Part shown: positions 1 through 13,129 of the stretch, one piece after another
Numbering within the stretch: the stretch's first letter is position 1
Layout of the letters: the number at the start of each line of letters is the position of its first letter
NCBI GenBank assembly: GCA_951406725.2
Contig: OX597823.1
Location: forward strand, 106,330,001-106,394,000
Source of the DNA: Octopus vulgaris
Lineage: Eukaryota
Length of the DNA: 64,000 bases
Direction of reading: 5' to 3'
Translations under genes and position numbers: made by a program
Notes under the pieces: model-generated
Seen by the model: the letters and a program-made list of their open reading frames with translations, nothing else
Databases searched by the model: none
What the model was told of the DNA's origin: nothing

Positions 1-257
1 GATCAACGGAACAGCCTGTTCGTGAAATTAACGTGCAAGTGGCTGAGTCCTCCACAGACACGTGTATCCTTAACGTAGTTCTCAGGGTGATTCAACGTGA
101 CATAGAATGTGTCAAGGCTGGCCCTTTGAAATACAGGACTACACATTTTTTGCCAGCTGGGTGAAATAGAGCAAGGTGAAATAAAATGTTTCACTCAAGG
201 ACACAACGGGTCGCCGAGAATTGAACTCGTGAACCTTATCCCTAAGCCACGCGCCTT
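1..257 (-). mobile_element. tRNA-derived SINE (CORE-like centre), 3' end cut by the window edge
   Basis: Reverse complement aligns by eye along its length with the + copy at 30130-30443. It has a B-box-like GAGTTCAATTC and the central GTGTCCTTGAG..TTTATTTCAC..TTGCTC segment. Confidence 0.8.
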
Positions 258-459
258 TATAGAAAACCAGTAAACGAATTAAAATATATACCGTCGTTGT
301 GGAGTCCTCTCTTTTTCATTTTTTTTTTTTACTTCGGATTTGTATTTGGTCCTTTCTACCCTCTCCTTCTACCCGCTTCCAGCAACTCTTTTGACTTTTC
401 CTTTCCACTTTTATCGTTTCACACACGTGTTATTGATGTTCTTGTTGTCATAGTTAACG

Positions 460-570
460 TCGTTGTTATTTAGCCCCAGTACTGACCTGATCAAGGCAAA
501 ACAGGATCAAAGATATGTTCCGCTTGACCATCGTCCCACTCGCAACATTTTGATATGCTTATCGTTCGGT
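460..570 (-). repeat. short interspersed repeat (family also clustered at 40560-43005 and 50165-50960)
   Basis: TTGTTATTTAGCCCCAG..CCTGATC..GATCAAAG..TGACCATC is the reverse complement of the GATGGTCA..TTTGATC..GGGGCTAAACAAC motif seen in the other copies. Confidence 0.55.
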
Positions 571-585
571 CATTTTCCTCCTCTA

Positions 586-690
<105 letters not shown>

Positions 691-888
691 TTCATTCATT
701 CATACACTCTTATTCTTTGTCTTTGTATCTCACTTACTCATTCCCTCTCTCATTCTCTCTCTCTCTCTCTGTATATGTGTGTGTGTGTGTGTGTACACAC
801 ACACATATATATATACATACATATATACATATATATATACACACACATATATATATGTTTGCATGTATATATATATGTTTGTATGTAT

Positions 889-937
<49 letters not shown>

Positions 938-1248
938 CACAGACACACAAACACTCCCAAACACACACACACGCACCCCCCTCCACACACACGTATATAT
1001 GTACACATCTTCCTCTAATTTCGTCTCTTTCATTCTCTTGCATATGCTTCCTACCTTTCTCTTCTATCCCTACCGTTCTCCCTCACTCCCTCTCCCCACA
1101 ACCCTTATCGTATTTTGAAAAATTGAATATACAAGGACTAAGAACAATTTTACAAATAAAATAAAAGATAAAATGTAAAAAGTACCATTTCTACCATATC
1201 TCTACCAAAATCCCACTTTACCCTATCTTATTCCTATGGTTATACTTT

Positions 1249-1258
1249 CATATATCTA

Positions 1259-1317
<59 letters not shown>

Positions 1318-1320
1318 TTA

Positions 1321-1391
<71 letters not shown>

Positions 1392-1555
1392 TAATATAAT
1401 AAATTAATTTTACTCTGCTATGTATTGAGTACCTTATTTACTGTGGTTAACCCGAATCAACCCGGGACCTACATATATATATATATATATATACATATAT
1501 ACATATACATATATATATGTATATATATATATATGTATATGTATATATATATATG

Positions 1556-1614
<59 letters not shown>

Positions 1615-1750
1615 CATATATATACATATATATATACATATATACAAATATATATATATATATATGTATATATATGTATATATATATACATACATATATA
1701 TATACATGTATATATATATATGTATATATATGTATATATGTATATATATA

Positions 1751-1809
<59 letters not shown>
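1249..1809. repeat. compound (ATCT)n/(TA)n microsatellites separated by a short unique spacer
   Basis: Direct reading. Confidence 0.9.
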
Positions 1810-1811
<2 letters not shown>

Positions 1812-2575
1812 CATTGTAAATTTTGAAACATACAAGCGCACACAAGCACTCGCGCGCACATCCGCGTACACGACTGTATTTAAACACAAAAACCAAAAAC
1901 CAAAAAAAATGACACATTCACATCCTCACACACACGAGCACACACACGCGCCCACATCCTCAGAAGCGCAGAGACACATATTGATATATGAATGCAAATG
2001 CGTCTGTGTGTGTGTGTGTGTGTGTGTATGCACCACCTCTCTCTCTTCCTATATATATGTATATATACACACATACATGTGTGTGTGTGTGTGTGTGTGT
2101 ATCTAAAGCTATGCATGTGAAATATATATGGCTCGAGTCTACATATATATGTGTGTGTATGAATGGAAGCATATATTACTAATGCGTTTGTGTGTGTGAC
2201 TGTGTGATGTGTGTGTGTGTGTGTGTGTGTGTATTATTTGTTTTATGTCGTGTCAAATTTTATTTTCATTTTTATCTTCTAATTTATTTCTCGCCCCTTA
2301 AGAATCACTCACCCGTCCCTTTGCTGACCAATATTACTACGGCTCATTAAAGATTATCTAATGTGAAATGCGACCACTCCTTCTCTTTTCCATTCCCTTC
2401 GCCCTTTTCTCTAACACACCTTCTCTCCTTCTCTTTCTTCCTCTCCCTCTCCCATTCTCCTCTCTTGGATCTTTATTTTTTTTTATGCCATAGTTTTTAT
2501 TTCTTCTCAACTCCCATTTTTCCACTCATTTACTATGCATCAATCACTCCATCAATCTGTTTACCTCCTGGTCTG

Positions 2576-2686
<111 letters not shown>

Positions 2687-3009
2687 GTCTCTCTCTCTCT
2701 CTCTCGCTCTCCGTCTGTCTGAATATCCATCTATCTACCTGTGTTTCTCTTCCTCATCTATTAGTCAATGTGTCTTCATTCGCTTTGTCTATCTGTCTTT
2801 TAGTCTATCTCTCTGTTTGGCTGCTTATCTAACTATGTATCTACCCAACTATCAATCTGTTTTTCTCGGTCACTATCAGCCTCTATATCTCCCAGTCTAT
2901 CAGTTTATCTGTCTCAAAATCAATCTATATCAGTGGAACAAATGTTCTTCCTGCGCCATATGCTCATAAGACTGGTTTTCCCGCTTCTGTGACATATATA
3001 CAATATATA

Positions 3010-3043
<34 letters not shown>

Positions 3044-3049
3044 CTCTCA

Positions 3050-3230
3050 CTCTGGACAGGACGCCGGTCCGTCGCAGTATCACCCATCTTTATCGGCTAA
3101 AAGGGCTGGAGCAACGTGAAATGAAGTCTTTTTGTCAAGAACACCACACAACGCCCGGTCCAGTAATCGAAACCACAATCTTACGATTATGAAGGGCAAC
3201 ACCCTAACCAGTAAACCAAGTGCTTCCACA
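3050..3230 (-). mobile_element. tRNA-derived SINE fragment (CORE-like segment plus V-domain-like motif)
   Basis: GGAGCAACGTGAAATGAAGTC..CAAGAACAC is shared with the copies at 1-257 and 38670-38960. The minus strand carries CTGCGACGGACCGGCGTCCTGTCCAG and a tRNA head with GGTTTCGATTAC. Confidence 0.7.
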
Positions 3231-3240
3231 TCTGTCTACG

Positions 3241-3315
<75 letters not shown>

Positions 3316-3616
3316 ATCTATGTATGTGTGTGTGTGCTTTTGTGTATGCACGGGTGTGTATATATGTCTGTATATATGTACACACACGTATACATATATG
3401 TGTGTGTGTGTATTTATATGTATGTATATGTATGTATATATATATTATATGTATTATATATATATATATATATATAACCCCCGGATTTGCTGGTAATCTA
3501 TTCAACTCTCGCTTCTTTCTGCTCATCTCTGATTGCACTCAGTCACTCTCACTCTCACTTCTCCCTCGGTGTTTATCTCCCTTCACACCCTCCTTCTTGT
3601 TATTTCACTCTCTTAG

Positions 3617-3655
<39 letters not shown>

Positions 3656-3987
3656 TATCTCTCCCCGCTCCCACTGTGTGTCACCACCTCATCCCGTCCT
3701 GTTTTGCGTCATTAATTCTTCGCAGTTTAGCGTAACTCCTGAAAACCTCCTCACATTTTACCCGGCACTTACTTTTCCTTCTCGTTTCAGACCTCCATCC
3801 ACTTGTCCTTCTCTCTCGCTTCCCTCACCTCTAGTTCCACCCAATCCCTCTCCTCGGTGCATTCGGGTATGTGACGGTGTTGGAGTTATATGAGCAAGGT
3901 CCCGGCTTTAATTTCTCCGACATTCTTCATAATTCTGCCATCTTCAGTCACCTTGGATTGTTATTTTACATTATATCAACCCCCACG

Positions 3988-4063
<76 letters not shown>

Positions 4064-4112
4064 TTTCTCTCTATTCCACATTTTTGTCCATCTACATCTG
4101 TTTCTGCATACA

Positions 4113-4297
<185 letters not shown>

Positions 4298-4666
4298 TGA
4301 GTTAAATATATGTATACGCGCATACTTATGTATTTACATATATATGTGTGTGTGTTTGTGTGCATCTATTCTTATATATATACACACACATACATAGAGT
4401 GAGAGAGGGGGGAGATACATTCATATACCAAAATATACACATGCTTACACATGGCTCAATCTCTCTCCGGTAGTCTTTCCATTTACAAAAGCGAGGGTGC
4501 ACATGCACTTTCACTCAGCTACACACTTGCATACAAACGTGCATACTTATATCCATATACATTCCTGTGTAATTCAATACATACAAGCATGTACACAAGC
4601 ATACACGCGCTCACGCATAAGCGCATATTTTGAAGCATAGTTTTAAAAAATACTGTTGGAACCGTT

Positions 4667-4840
4667 GGAGGCCTGCAAGAATTGCCTTGCGGCATTTCTT
4701 CCGGCTTTTTACATTCCCAGTTCAAATCTTCAAATCCTGCAGAGATCAACTTTGCTTTTCATCTCTCCGGGCCGATAAAATAAAGTACCTCGTGTACAGA
4801 TCCGCCTAAATTTTAGTTCTTTTGCCTATATTAGAAGTAA
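4667..4840 (+). mobile_element. decayed SINE, Meta-domain-like family
   Basis: TTCAAATCCTGCAGAGATCAACTTTGCTTTTCATCTCTCCGGGCCGATAAAATAAAGTACC is homologous to 49284-49514. Confidence 0.7.
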
Positions 4841-5309
4841 TTACAATCATACATAGAAACCAATGAAGATGCTTCAAAGAATGTACTCGATGTGTTAAAA
4901 ATAGTAGCCAAATCTCATTCTTAACTCTCTCCACTGTTTAGAGAAACACATCACTTCAGCATCAACTCAAGTTTGCTTCATCATGGCCAAAACGTTACTC
5001 TGATGTTATCTCAATGTTATTTCACCGCCACCTAAAGTTATATTAACATACGTAAATGCAGGTAAGCATCTCCTAGATTTAACTGACCTCGACATTGTTA
5101 CAACTTTATCTCATCTTCACCGCAACGTATCTCGGAGTTTCATCTACGCACCAGAACGCATCTCGACGTACATCTTAACACCTGTACGCTTATCAACGTA
5201 CATCTACGAACCAAGACGTCCCTTAACTTACTTCTACGTACCATATCGTTACTTCAGCATAGTAGTCAACCACACTTCAACGCTATGTAAACCTTACAAA
5301 TAACACTGA

Positions 5310-5592
5310 AGGCACATGGCCTAGTGGTTAGAGGGATCGCAGGTTCGAATCTCAGACCAGGTGATGTGTGTGTTTATGAGCGAAACACCTAAGCTCCACG
5401 CGGCTCCGGCAGAAGAGTAATGGCAAACTTCTGCTGACTCTTTCGCCACAACTTTCTCTCACTCTTTCCTCCGGCATCTTGCAGCTCACCCTCAACGGAC
5501 CGGCATCCCGTCCAGGCGGGGAACCTATATGCCACGGAAACCGGGAAACCGGCCCTTATGAGCCAGGCATGGTTCGAGAAGGAACAAACTTC
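5310..5592 (+). mobile_element. tRNA-derived SINE with V-domain-like segment
   Basis: A box TGGCCTAGTGG and B box GGTTCGAATCT. Contains CGGACCGGCATCCCGTCCAGG...CGGAAACCGGG. The 5' half is shared with the copy at 33495. Confidence 0.8.
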
Positions 5593-5874
5593 TATAACGT
5601 TGTCTCGATGTTACCTCACCGCCCAGTAGTTTTTCAGATTTTCGCCTTCAATTCATATCTATAAACCACGTTTACTTCTAAATCACCGAACCCAGCACAA
5701 TATTTTACATAATCACTGACAGAGAACTCATCCTTCTAAGATGCAAAGAATATTTTACTATCAGTTTTTAAATCATAACTGATTCTGCGTAAACCGCCTC
5801 CATTGTTTCCAACGTCTCTTCGAAATATTGCTCCATTAGTCGCTTTTATGGGTCACAAAGAAATTATTATTATT

Positions 5875-6262
5875 TTTTTTTCTTCTTTCTTCAAATTTTC
5901 TTCCGTTACTCGCCGGGTGTTTTCCGTACACCTAGGGCAGAGAAGCTCATTGTATGCATTCCCAGATTACACACGCAAATTCACAGGTAAAATATGTATT
6001 TAAAAAATTAATAAATAACTAAGTTCTTAAATGGATGTTGTTTTCACAGCGATAATGCTCTTCTTAGTACATGAGCCGTTCCAGTTAACACAATTTTTTG
6101 CACTTCCTGTAGGGATGGTAAGCCTGGTATCATTTTCAAATAGGTTTTAGTACTTTTTTTTTATCATTCTTAGAGCTCCTACAATCACTGGTACTGTAGT
6201 CGCCTTGAGATGCCACATTTTTTCAATTTCTATTAGCAAGTCTTTATATTTACTGATCTATA
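5875..6262 (-). mobile_element. 5'-truncated Dong/R4-like non-LTR retrotransposon (ORF C-terminus plus 3' UTR)
   Basis: Minus-strand translation SKYKDLLIEIEKMWHLKATTVPVIVGALRMIKK...LQEVQKIVLTGTAHVLRRAL* is typical of the R4/Dong REL-endonuclease tail. TAA repeats flank both sides. Confidence 0.85.
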
Positions 6263-6324
<62 letters not shown>

Positions 6325-6548
6325 TTCATTATTATTAATATTAACTTCTTGCGAAGTGAATGTGATTTTACAAATCTTTCTTCGAAGCAACGATATTAAC
6401 AACAAACATTTTTAAAATCAATTCATCCACAGAATTATGATTAAAAAAAAAAAGTTCAAGGTTAATTAAATTGTAATATAAAACAAGAATAACATGCATG
6501 AACTAAAAAGAAAACGCAGTTGTATTAAATCAACCTAGTTGAAATTTC

Positions 6549-6565
6549 ATAATAATGATAATAAT

Positions 6566-6645
<80 letters not shown>

Positions 6646-6653
6646 TGATGATG

Positions 6654-6725
<72 letters not shown>

Positions 6726-6762
6726 GTAATAATAATAATAATAATAATAATGATAATAATAA
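6549..6762. repeat. (TAA)n microsatellite
   Basis: Direct reading. Confidence 0.95.
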
Positions 6763-6771
6763 TAGGAATAG

Positions 6772-7169
6772 GGAATAGGGAACCCGACATAGTATTAATT
6801 GAGACAGAAAGCAAGCGATGCTGGAACATACATATACCATGCCCAGCTGACAACAAGGTATGCAAATAAGGAAGAAAGAAAAGTCGATAGATATGACAGG
6901 TTAGCTTGGGAGGTTAAGCAGTTGTGGTCACTGGAAAAGGTGGAAGTAGTATCAGTAATTGGATAATTGGAAGAGGGAGTAAAAATTTTGAGAAGTACAT
7001 GGAACAAATAGGGGCTGCAATAAGGGTGGAGCACTTGCAGAAAACAGCACTGCTTGGAACCACACGAATATTCCGGATGGTGCTCGAAAAATAAGGGGTG
7101 TTACCTTAGTTCACTGGTAGTGAACAGCTAGTAATGTAGTAAATCTTCAGCGTTAGAGGTTGTGCAAAG

Positions 7170-7170
<1 letters not shown>
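6772..7170 (+). mobile_element. 5'-truncated Dong/R4-like element, REL endonuclease region, frameshifted
   Basis: NREPDIVLIE..CWNIHIPCPADNKV / KEERKVDRYDRLAWEVKQLWSLEKVEVV / EHLQKTALLGTTRIFRMVL* (PD..D REL motif). Embedded in (TAA)n. Confidence 0.85.
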
Positions 7171-7242
<72 letters not shown>

Positions 7243-7500
7243 TAATAATAATAACAGCAATAGTAATATGATAATAACAATGATAATAACAACAATAGTA
7301 ATAATAATAATGATAATAATAATAATAATAATAATAATTATAATTATAATAATAATAATTATAATTATAATAATAATGATATTAATAATAACAGCAATAG
7401 TAATATGATAATAATAATAATAATAACAACAATAGTAATAATAATAATAATAATAATTATTATTATTATAATAATAATGATAATAATAATAACAGTAATA

Positions 7501-7562
<62 letters not shown>

Positions 7563-7610
7563 TATAATAATAATAATAATGATAATAATAATAACAGCAA
7601 TAGTAATATG

Positions 7611-7653
<43 letters not shown>

Positions 7654-7676
7654 CAATAGTAATAATAACAATAATA

Positions 7677-7761
<85 letters not shown>

Positions 7762-7770
7762 CAACAATAA
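7171..7770. repeat. (TAA)n array with an internal higher-order unit AACAGCAATAGTAATATG x3
   Basis: Direct reading. Confidence 0.9.
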
Positions 7771-8082
7771 CTATATTAGCCATAATCATCATCAATAACA
7801 AAATCAACAAAAACAGTATGAAGATTATGCACGCCCGTATCACTTGTGGTTTCTAAACGTATCCTCATCTTTTGTCAATCAGGTAAGCTTTCAATTAGAA
7901 CCACTCCCGGAGAGCTCAAAAGCATGACAGCATTTTGTGCATCATAATGGAACCAGCTTTCCAGAAAAGATCAAACCTTCGTCTTGCGAAAGACATAAAA
8001 GTTTTCCTGACCGCATCCAAACTTGAATTGGTAGAGATTTTAACTAAAATATTTTCCCTTTGTTAAAAGAGGCCATATGGTA

Positions 8083-8135
<53 letters not shown>

Positions 8136-8137
<2 letters not shown>

Positions 8138-8262
8138 TTAATCAGCCGAAATTGCTAGGATGATCCGGTTCTTGACTGAAGATTGAAGGCTTCGAATGTC
8201 CCGTCCGTGTTTTTTGTATCGTCTTCTAAATGTTTTACGTTCTTGTCCCAGTTTGTATTTTC

Positions 8263-8268
<6 letters not shown>
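8136..8268 (+). repeat. (TA)n-embedded short interspersed repeat (copies at 32583-32768 -, 38066-38167 +, 38253-38420 -, 62160-62352 -)
   Basis: Shared GATTAATCAGCCGAAATTGC..GATGATCCGGTTCTTGACTGAAGA..TTCGAATG(T/A)CCCGTCC. Confidence 0.8.
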
Positions 8269-8301
<33 letters not shown>

Positions 8302-8310
<9 letters not shown>

Positions 8311-8661
8311 ATTGGTGAATTGAAGACCGCCTCTGTTCTGTTTTTGTTTTTCCAACGGATTTCCTATTTTCTTCCTGAAGAGAAAGACACAATATGGTCC
8401 CATTATTCAATCGGATTTGGTAATTTGTGCCTTTCGAAACACGTGTAGATTGAAATAAAACGATTTCTGTTCAATCTGCGTTCAGCTCCATTTCTTCAAT
8501 TCACCAATAATGTTTTAATTTCAATTATCCGCACCAACGCACGGTTGCAACACCATATGGTTGTACCTCCCACCGTGCTGTTTACTGCTGTGATTTTTGC
8601 TACTAAGGTATCGGTTAAACTTTTGATTAATCTACTACAGGATTATTCATCTTTCTATTTC

Positions 8662-8668
<7 letters not shown>
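8302..8668 (+). mobile_element. non-autonomous Penelope-like (pLTR-derived) element with HHR and short 5' inversion
   Basis: Bounded by (TA)n on both sides. 8302-8326 is the exact reverse complement of 8493-8517. Contains the HHR at 8365-8457. Confidence 0.65.
8365..8457 (+). ncRNA. type I hammerhead ribozyme
   Basis: UAUUUUCUUC-CUGAAGA-[GAAAGACACA..UGUGCCUUUC stem II, 9 of 10 paired]-GAAAC-ACGU-GUA-GAUUGAAAUA. Stem I has a 2x2 internal loop. Confidence 0.75.
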
Positions 8669-8718
<50 letters not shown>

Positions 8719-9303
8719 CTTTTAAAACATGGTAAGGCCAAATCCTAACTCTAAATAATACACCAGATACCTGCTAATAAGCTGGTTCTGTAGTCTGTAG
8801 GAAAGGGAAGCACAAGGGTCACCGTCAGAGACGTTGGTGATCATGTCGTCTCCTGGGTAGTAGCGGCCTTCAGAGCGCAATATAAGCAAATGGTACATAA
8901 CATTTTTCATTCTTACACTTGTCTTTGAGTATTTTCTCCATCTCATCAAAACGTTTTTGTAAAACCATCCCTTCGTTTAACATTATCATGTATTTTTGTA
9001 TATCCCATCGGCATCTTGTATAAGGTAAAGATTATCATTGTTCTTGCTGTTATTCTCATCGATGTTGTTTTCATCGTTGGTAGTTTTGTTCTAATTGTAG
9101 TTGATAGAGACATAATAATCTTCTTATAAGTCTTCAACGAACCGTAAAACGTGTGGGAACAATCTTTACTTTTCTGTTTCTGAACAGAGTAAGAAGACAA
9201 ACTTACACCTGCATCCACAGTGAATGCATTAAAACATGTAGCATATTTTAAATTTATAATACTTAGTCTCACATATAAACGCGCACAAAAGCATATATGT
9301 GCT

Positions 9304-9369
<66 letters not shown>

Positions 9370-9824
9370 TGTGTGTGTGTCTATGAGATAAGATTCGATG
9401 AATTAAAAATCTAGCACAGTTCAAGCTACAATTCTTACCAATTTAATTGTTACAATTAAACTTACAGCATATTAATATCTTCATCTTCTTCCTTCTTTTA
9501 GACACGCATAATTATATACATGGATACATACGTACGTATGCATGCATATATGTATGTATGTTAGCAGGTATGTATTGATGGATGGATGGATGGATGGCTG
9601 TGTATATGTATACCTCACATACATGCTCATTCTGGTACAGGATGTTTTGCAAGTCTACTTTATTGCTGTTGTTTAGACACAGGTCAGCCCAGATCGAGCA
9701 TTATACCTGTGAGCCTTTCAGTTTACTTCTCCTGGCATAGTATATCTTGGACTATTATTATATCTAATATGACTTTCTTACTTATGCTTTTTAGACAGTT
9801 GGATGTGACAGGAAACATTGGATG

Positions 9825-9978
9825 ACAGGTGCATCGTGTACAACCCGTCAGGTGTCGAAATGATTACAGAGCACCGTGAGATGAAGTATTTTGTTCAGGA
9901 ACACAACCGACCACCTGGTCCAAGAATTGAAACCATTATCTCGCGATCGTGATTGCTACACCGAAAGCACTAGGTCAT
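9825..9978 (-). mobile_element. decayed tRNA-SINE fragment (CORE-like)
   Basis: GAGCACCGTGAGATGAAGTATTTTGTTCAGGAACACAAC..CCTGGTCCAAGAATTGAAACC is homologous to 3050-3230. Confidence 0.6.
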
Positions 9979-9983
9979 AATAT

Positions 9984-10103
9984 AACATAATATAATATAA
10001 TACAATATAATATAATATAGTATAGTATAATATAATATAATATAATATAATATAGTATAATATAATATAATATAATATAATATAATATAATATAATATAA
10101 TAT
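9984..10103. repeat. (TATAA)n pentamer repeat
   Basis: Direct reading. Confidence 0.9.
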
Positions 10104-10107
10104 ACTA

Positions 10108-10960
10108 TACGAGGTGCTGTGAATAAACTGTCGTCTAAATAACGCAAAAGTGAAAATAACCCTGACTTCTCATATTAACGGATATATTTACCCAAATTGC
10201 ATTAAAATATTTTGAAATGCTAAATAATAAATTTATTCAATAAAATCGCCATTGGCTTCAACCACAGCCTCCAGACGACTTGTTTAAGTTGGTGAATGCT
10301 GCCGTAATCCTTGCCTTCAGTTCATCTTCGGTGTTAAAAGGAATTATTTTGGTTTCTCGCTTAATTGCACCCCACACATAGCAATCAAGAGGGTTGCAGT
10401 CCGGGGAGTTAGGTGGCCAGATAGTAGGAGCGATATGGTCGCAAAAGTTGTCTATCAGCTAGGACTGGGTTTTCCTGCATGTGTAGCATGATACAGAGTC
10501 CTGTTGCCAGACATAGGGTGTTCCAGCAGCCACCCCTTTCACCTCCTTCAGACACTTGATGCAGGCCTCCGTGTTGAGTCTGAAGCCGTGTGGGAAGATG
10601 AATGGAGGCATAACGTCGCCATCACTAGTGATCCCTTCAAACACTATGATGTTGACTGGATGCTTGATTTTTATCACTTTCGGTACATGTCCTCGGATTG
10701 ACACCCAAAACACTCTGAAATTGGACCTTCCGGCGCGAATGCCATGCAGTAGAGCATGCCGTTTTCGAACTTCTAGCAGAGTAAATTGCATCATGGTGCT
10801 GTTTGTCTCCCATATTTATCGGTATGTATATGTATTTTTCGCTTCTATATTTGTCAGTGTATCTCTACTGAGGAGTGCAAAGTAATCTTTATTACAGATC
10901 ATGAAATCTTAAGATATTGGATTATCCGAAATTTTGTAAATCTTCTTGCTCATTACCTCA
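10108..10960 (-). mobile_element. internally deleted Tc1/mariner relic, DD37D (maT) type
   Basis: KHPVNIIVFEGITSDGDVMPPFIFPHG..YVWQQDSVSCY..*..IWPPNSPDCNPLDCYVWG, with 37 residues between the second and third catalytic Asp. A TA-CGAGG terminus-like sequence lies at 10108. The other end is uncertain. Confidence 0.85.
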
Positions 10961-11224
10961 CACTCGACCTGGGGTTATAAATAGAGAACAAATTTCGAAT
11001 GGATTGTAGGTATTTGACATCAACTTCTGGCATTCGAGCGCCCTTAATTATAATTATGTTTTTATAATTATATACTTAAAAACTAATTTTACCGATATGG
11101 TCATTTTTATACGGTAGCCACTGATATAATCCTTTTAATGATTATATCCCCATTTAATAAGTATGGAATATTTTTGTGCCACTCTGTCTCTTTCTTTTAC
11201 TTTGCTTCTCTTATTTCTTTTCCA

Positions 11225-11255
<31 letters not shown>

Positions 11256-11469
11256 GCCTTTCTCTGTTACACTCCTCCCACTATCACGTGATCCGTGAAG
11301 GCCTAAGGCGTTGTCATCCGTTTTGGCGTTGCCTTCGACCGGACTGGTCATGATTTTCTGAGCTCCTCACCCTCCCGCGTTTATAGTCTTTAAGGACAGC
11401 TTTTCATTTCTCCTTCACCTGACCTAGTTTTGCCTTGTCTGGCAGTCCTACGGCTTTTTCGTTGTATAT

Positions 11470-11816
11470 TCTTTTATTCTCTTATTTGTTTCAGTAATTT
11501 GACTGTGGCCATGCAGGAGAACCGCATTTAGTCGAACAAATCAACACAGGACTTATACTTTGTAAGCCTAGTAATTATTCTATCGGTCTCTTTTGCCGAA
11601 CTGGTAAGTTACGGGGATGTAAACACACCAGCATCGGTTGTCTAGCGATGTTTGTGAGAGAGTTTCTTTCAGTTTCCGTCTACCAAATCCACTCACAAGG
11701 CTTTGGTTGGCCCGCGGCTATAGTAGAAGACACTTGCCCAAGGTGCCACGCAGAGGGACTGAACTCGGAACCATGTGGTTGGTAAGCAAGCTACTTACCA
11801 CACAGCCACTCCTGCG
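11470..11816 (-). mobile_element. tRNA-derived SINE (same family as 36320-36728), internal microsatellite missing
   Basis: High-identity reverse complement of the 36320 copy. Confidence 0.9.
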
Positions 11817-12150
11817 ACTATATATCTTTTATTATCATTTTAATGCTTGTCTTCGTGTGGCCATAAGCCTTTATTCTGTTTATAGTTTTTGTCCCTCGTC
11901 CGTCCACTAACGGTCTCATTTCGAGCTCGTTTCGTTTTCTTATGTTTTGGCCCTATTCCCGGCAAGTTTCTTGCCGGTGCCTCCACAGTGGAAGTAATAT
12001 TATCGATAATGGCCGAAATATATAGTTAATCCAAACAAGAAAACAAAAATAACAACAGAGTTGGTGACTTTCTGTTTTCCGTTCGTCTGTGCATATAGTT
12101 GATATTCGTATGTTTATTTACTACACGATTTTTAATTATACATACATACA

Positions 12151-12200
<50 letters not shown>

Positions 12201-12263
12201 CACACGCAGGTATGTCATATTTTCCGCTTCTTGTCTTTTTATTTAACCCTGTACACACAGAGA

Positions 12264-12315
<52 letters not shown>

Positions 12316-12321
<6 letters not shown>

Positions 12322-12530
12322 ATCCAAACAAGAAACAAAAACAACAACGCAAGGACGTGGAACAAATAAAGTATTATTTGACGCTCAGGAAAGAAGGGAA
12401 GAAGGAGGGTTTGACGTTTCGAGCGGAGCTCTTCGTCGGAAACATAGGAGAAGGAAAGATCCCGAGAAGGGAAGACAGGGGAAAATATCGCTAGTGATAC
12501 AGACGAGGTCACATACTAAAAGACCACGTA
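12316..12530 (-). mobile_element. short PLE-like element carrying a minimal HHR, in (TA)n
   Basis: Contains the minimal HHR at 12409-12443. Its end (TAGTTAATCCAAACAAGAAA..) recurs at about 12020-12058, and a decayed relative lies on + at about 12735-12850. Confidence 0.6.
12409..12443 (-). ncRNA. minimal type I hammerhead ribozyme (U4C core variant)
   Basis: Minus strand reads GUUU-CCGACGA-A-GAGC-UCC-GCUC-GAAAC-GUC-AAAC: 4-bp stems I and II and an ACGU palindromic stem III. Confidence 0.7.
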
Positions 12531-12939
12531 TATATATACGTGTGTGTGTGTGCGTGCGTGTGCGTGCGTGTGTGTGTGTGTGTATCAAAGTTGCAGAAAT
12601 GACGTACTCCGAAGGAATTTTAAGGTAATGTAACCCAAGGCTAGAGTAAGAAATCCCTGAATCAGGTACTCCAAATCAATCAGAAGGACGTGGACAGTCC
12701 GCGTGAGCGTGCTGGAAAGAGTCAATTTAAATAAGCCAATGGAAAGCTATGCCCGAAACGTCACTCTGTTTTCACCGTGTGTCAAGCTAATACTTTTTTG
12801 TGCACGCCCTCTTGTTGCCCGTTAATTTTATTCGTTTATTTGAAGTAACTACACATACAAACATACATATGTTTATATATATATGTATGTGTGTATGTGT
12901 TGTTGTTTGTGTGTGTGCGTCTGTGTGTGTACACGTATT

Positions 12940-12978
<39 letters not shown>

Positions 12979-12997
12979 GCATGTGTATATATACATG

Positions 12998-13043
<46 letters not shown>

Positions 13044-13129
13044 ATATATACATACGCAAACACACACACATATATAGACTTATATATGTTACCTTAGAAC
13101 AATCAATATTATGCGTAGAAGATAACATA

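Noticed and set aside
8145-8205. Possible hammerhead in the 8136-type repeat (GAAA...CUGAAGA...GAAU)
   Set aside because: I could not build consistent stems I and III in any copy.
11265-11987. TG...CA-bounded segment as a solo LTR
   Set aside because: No target-site duplication, and the similarity to LTR ends is too short.
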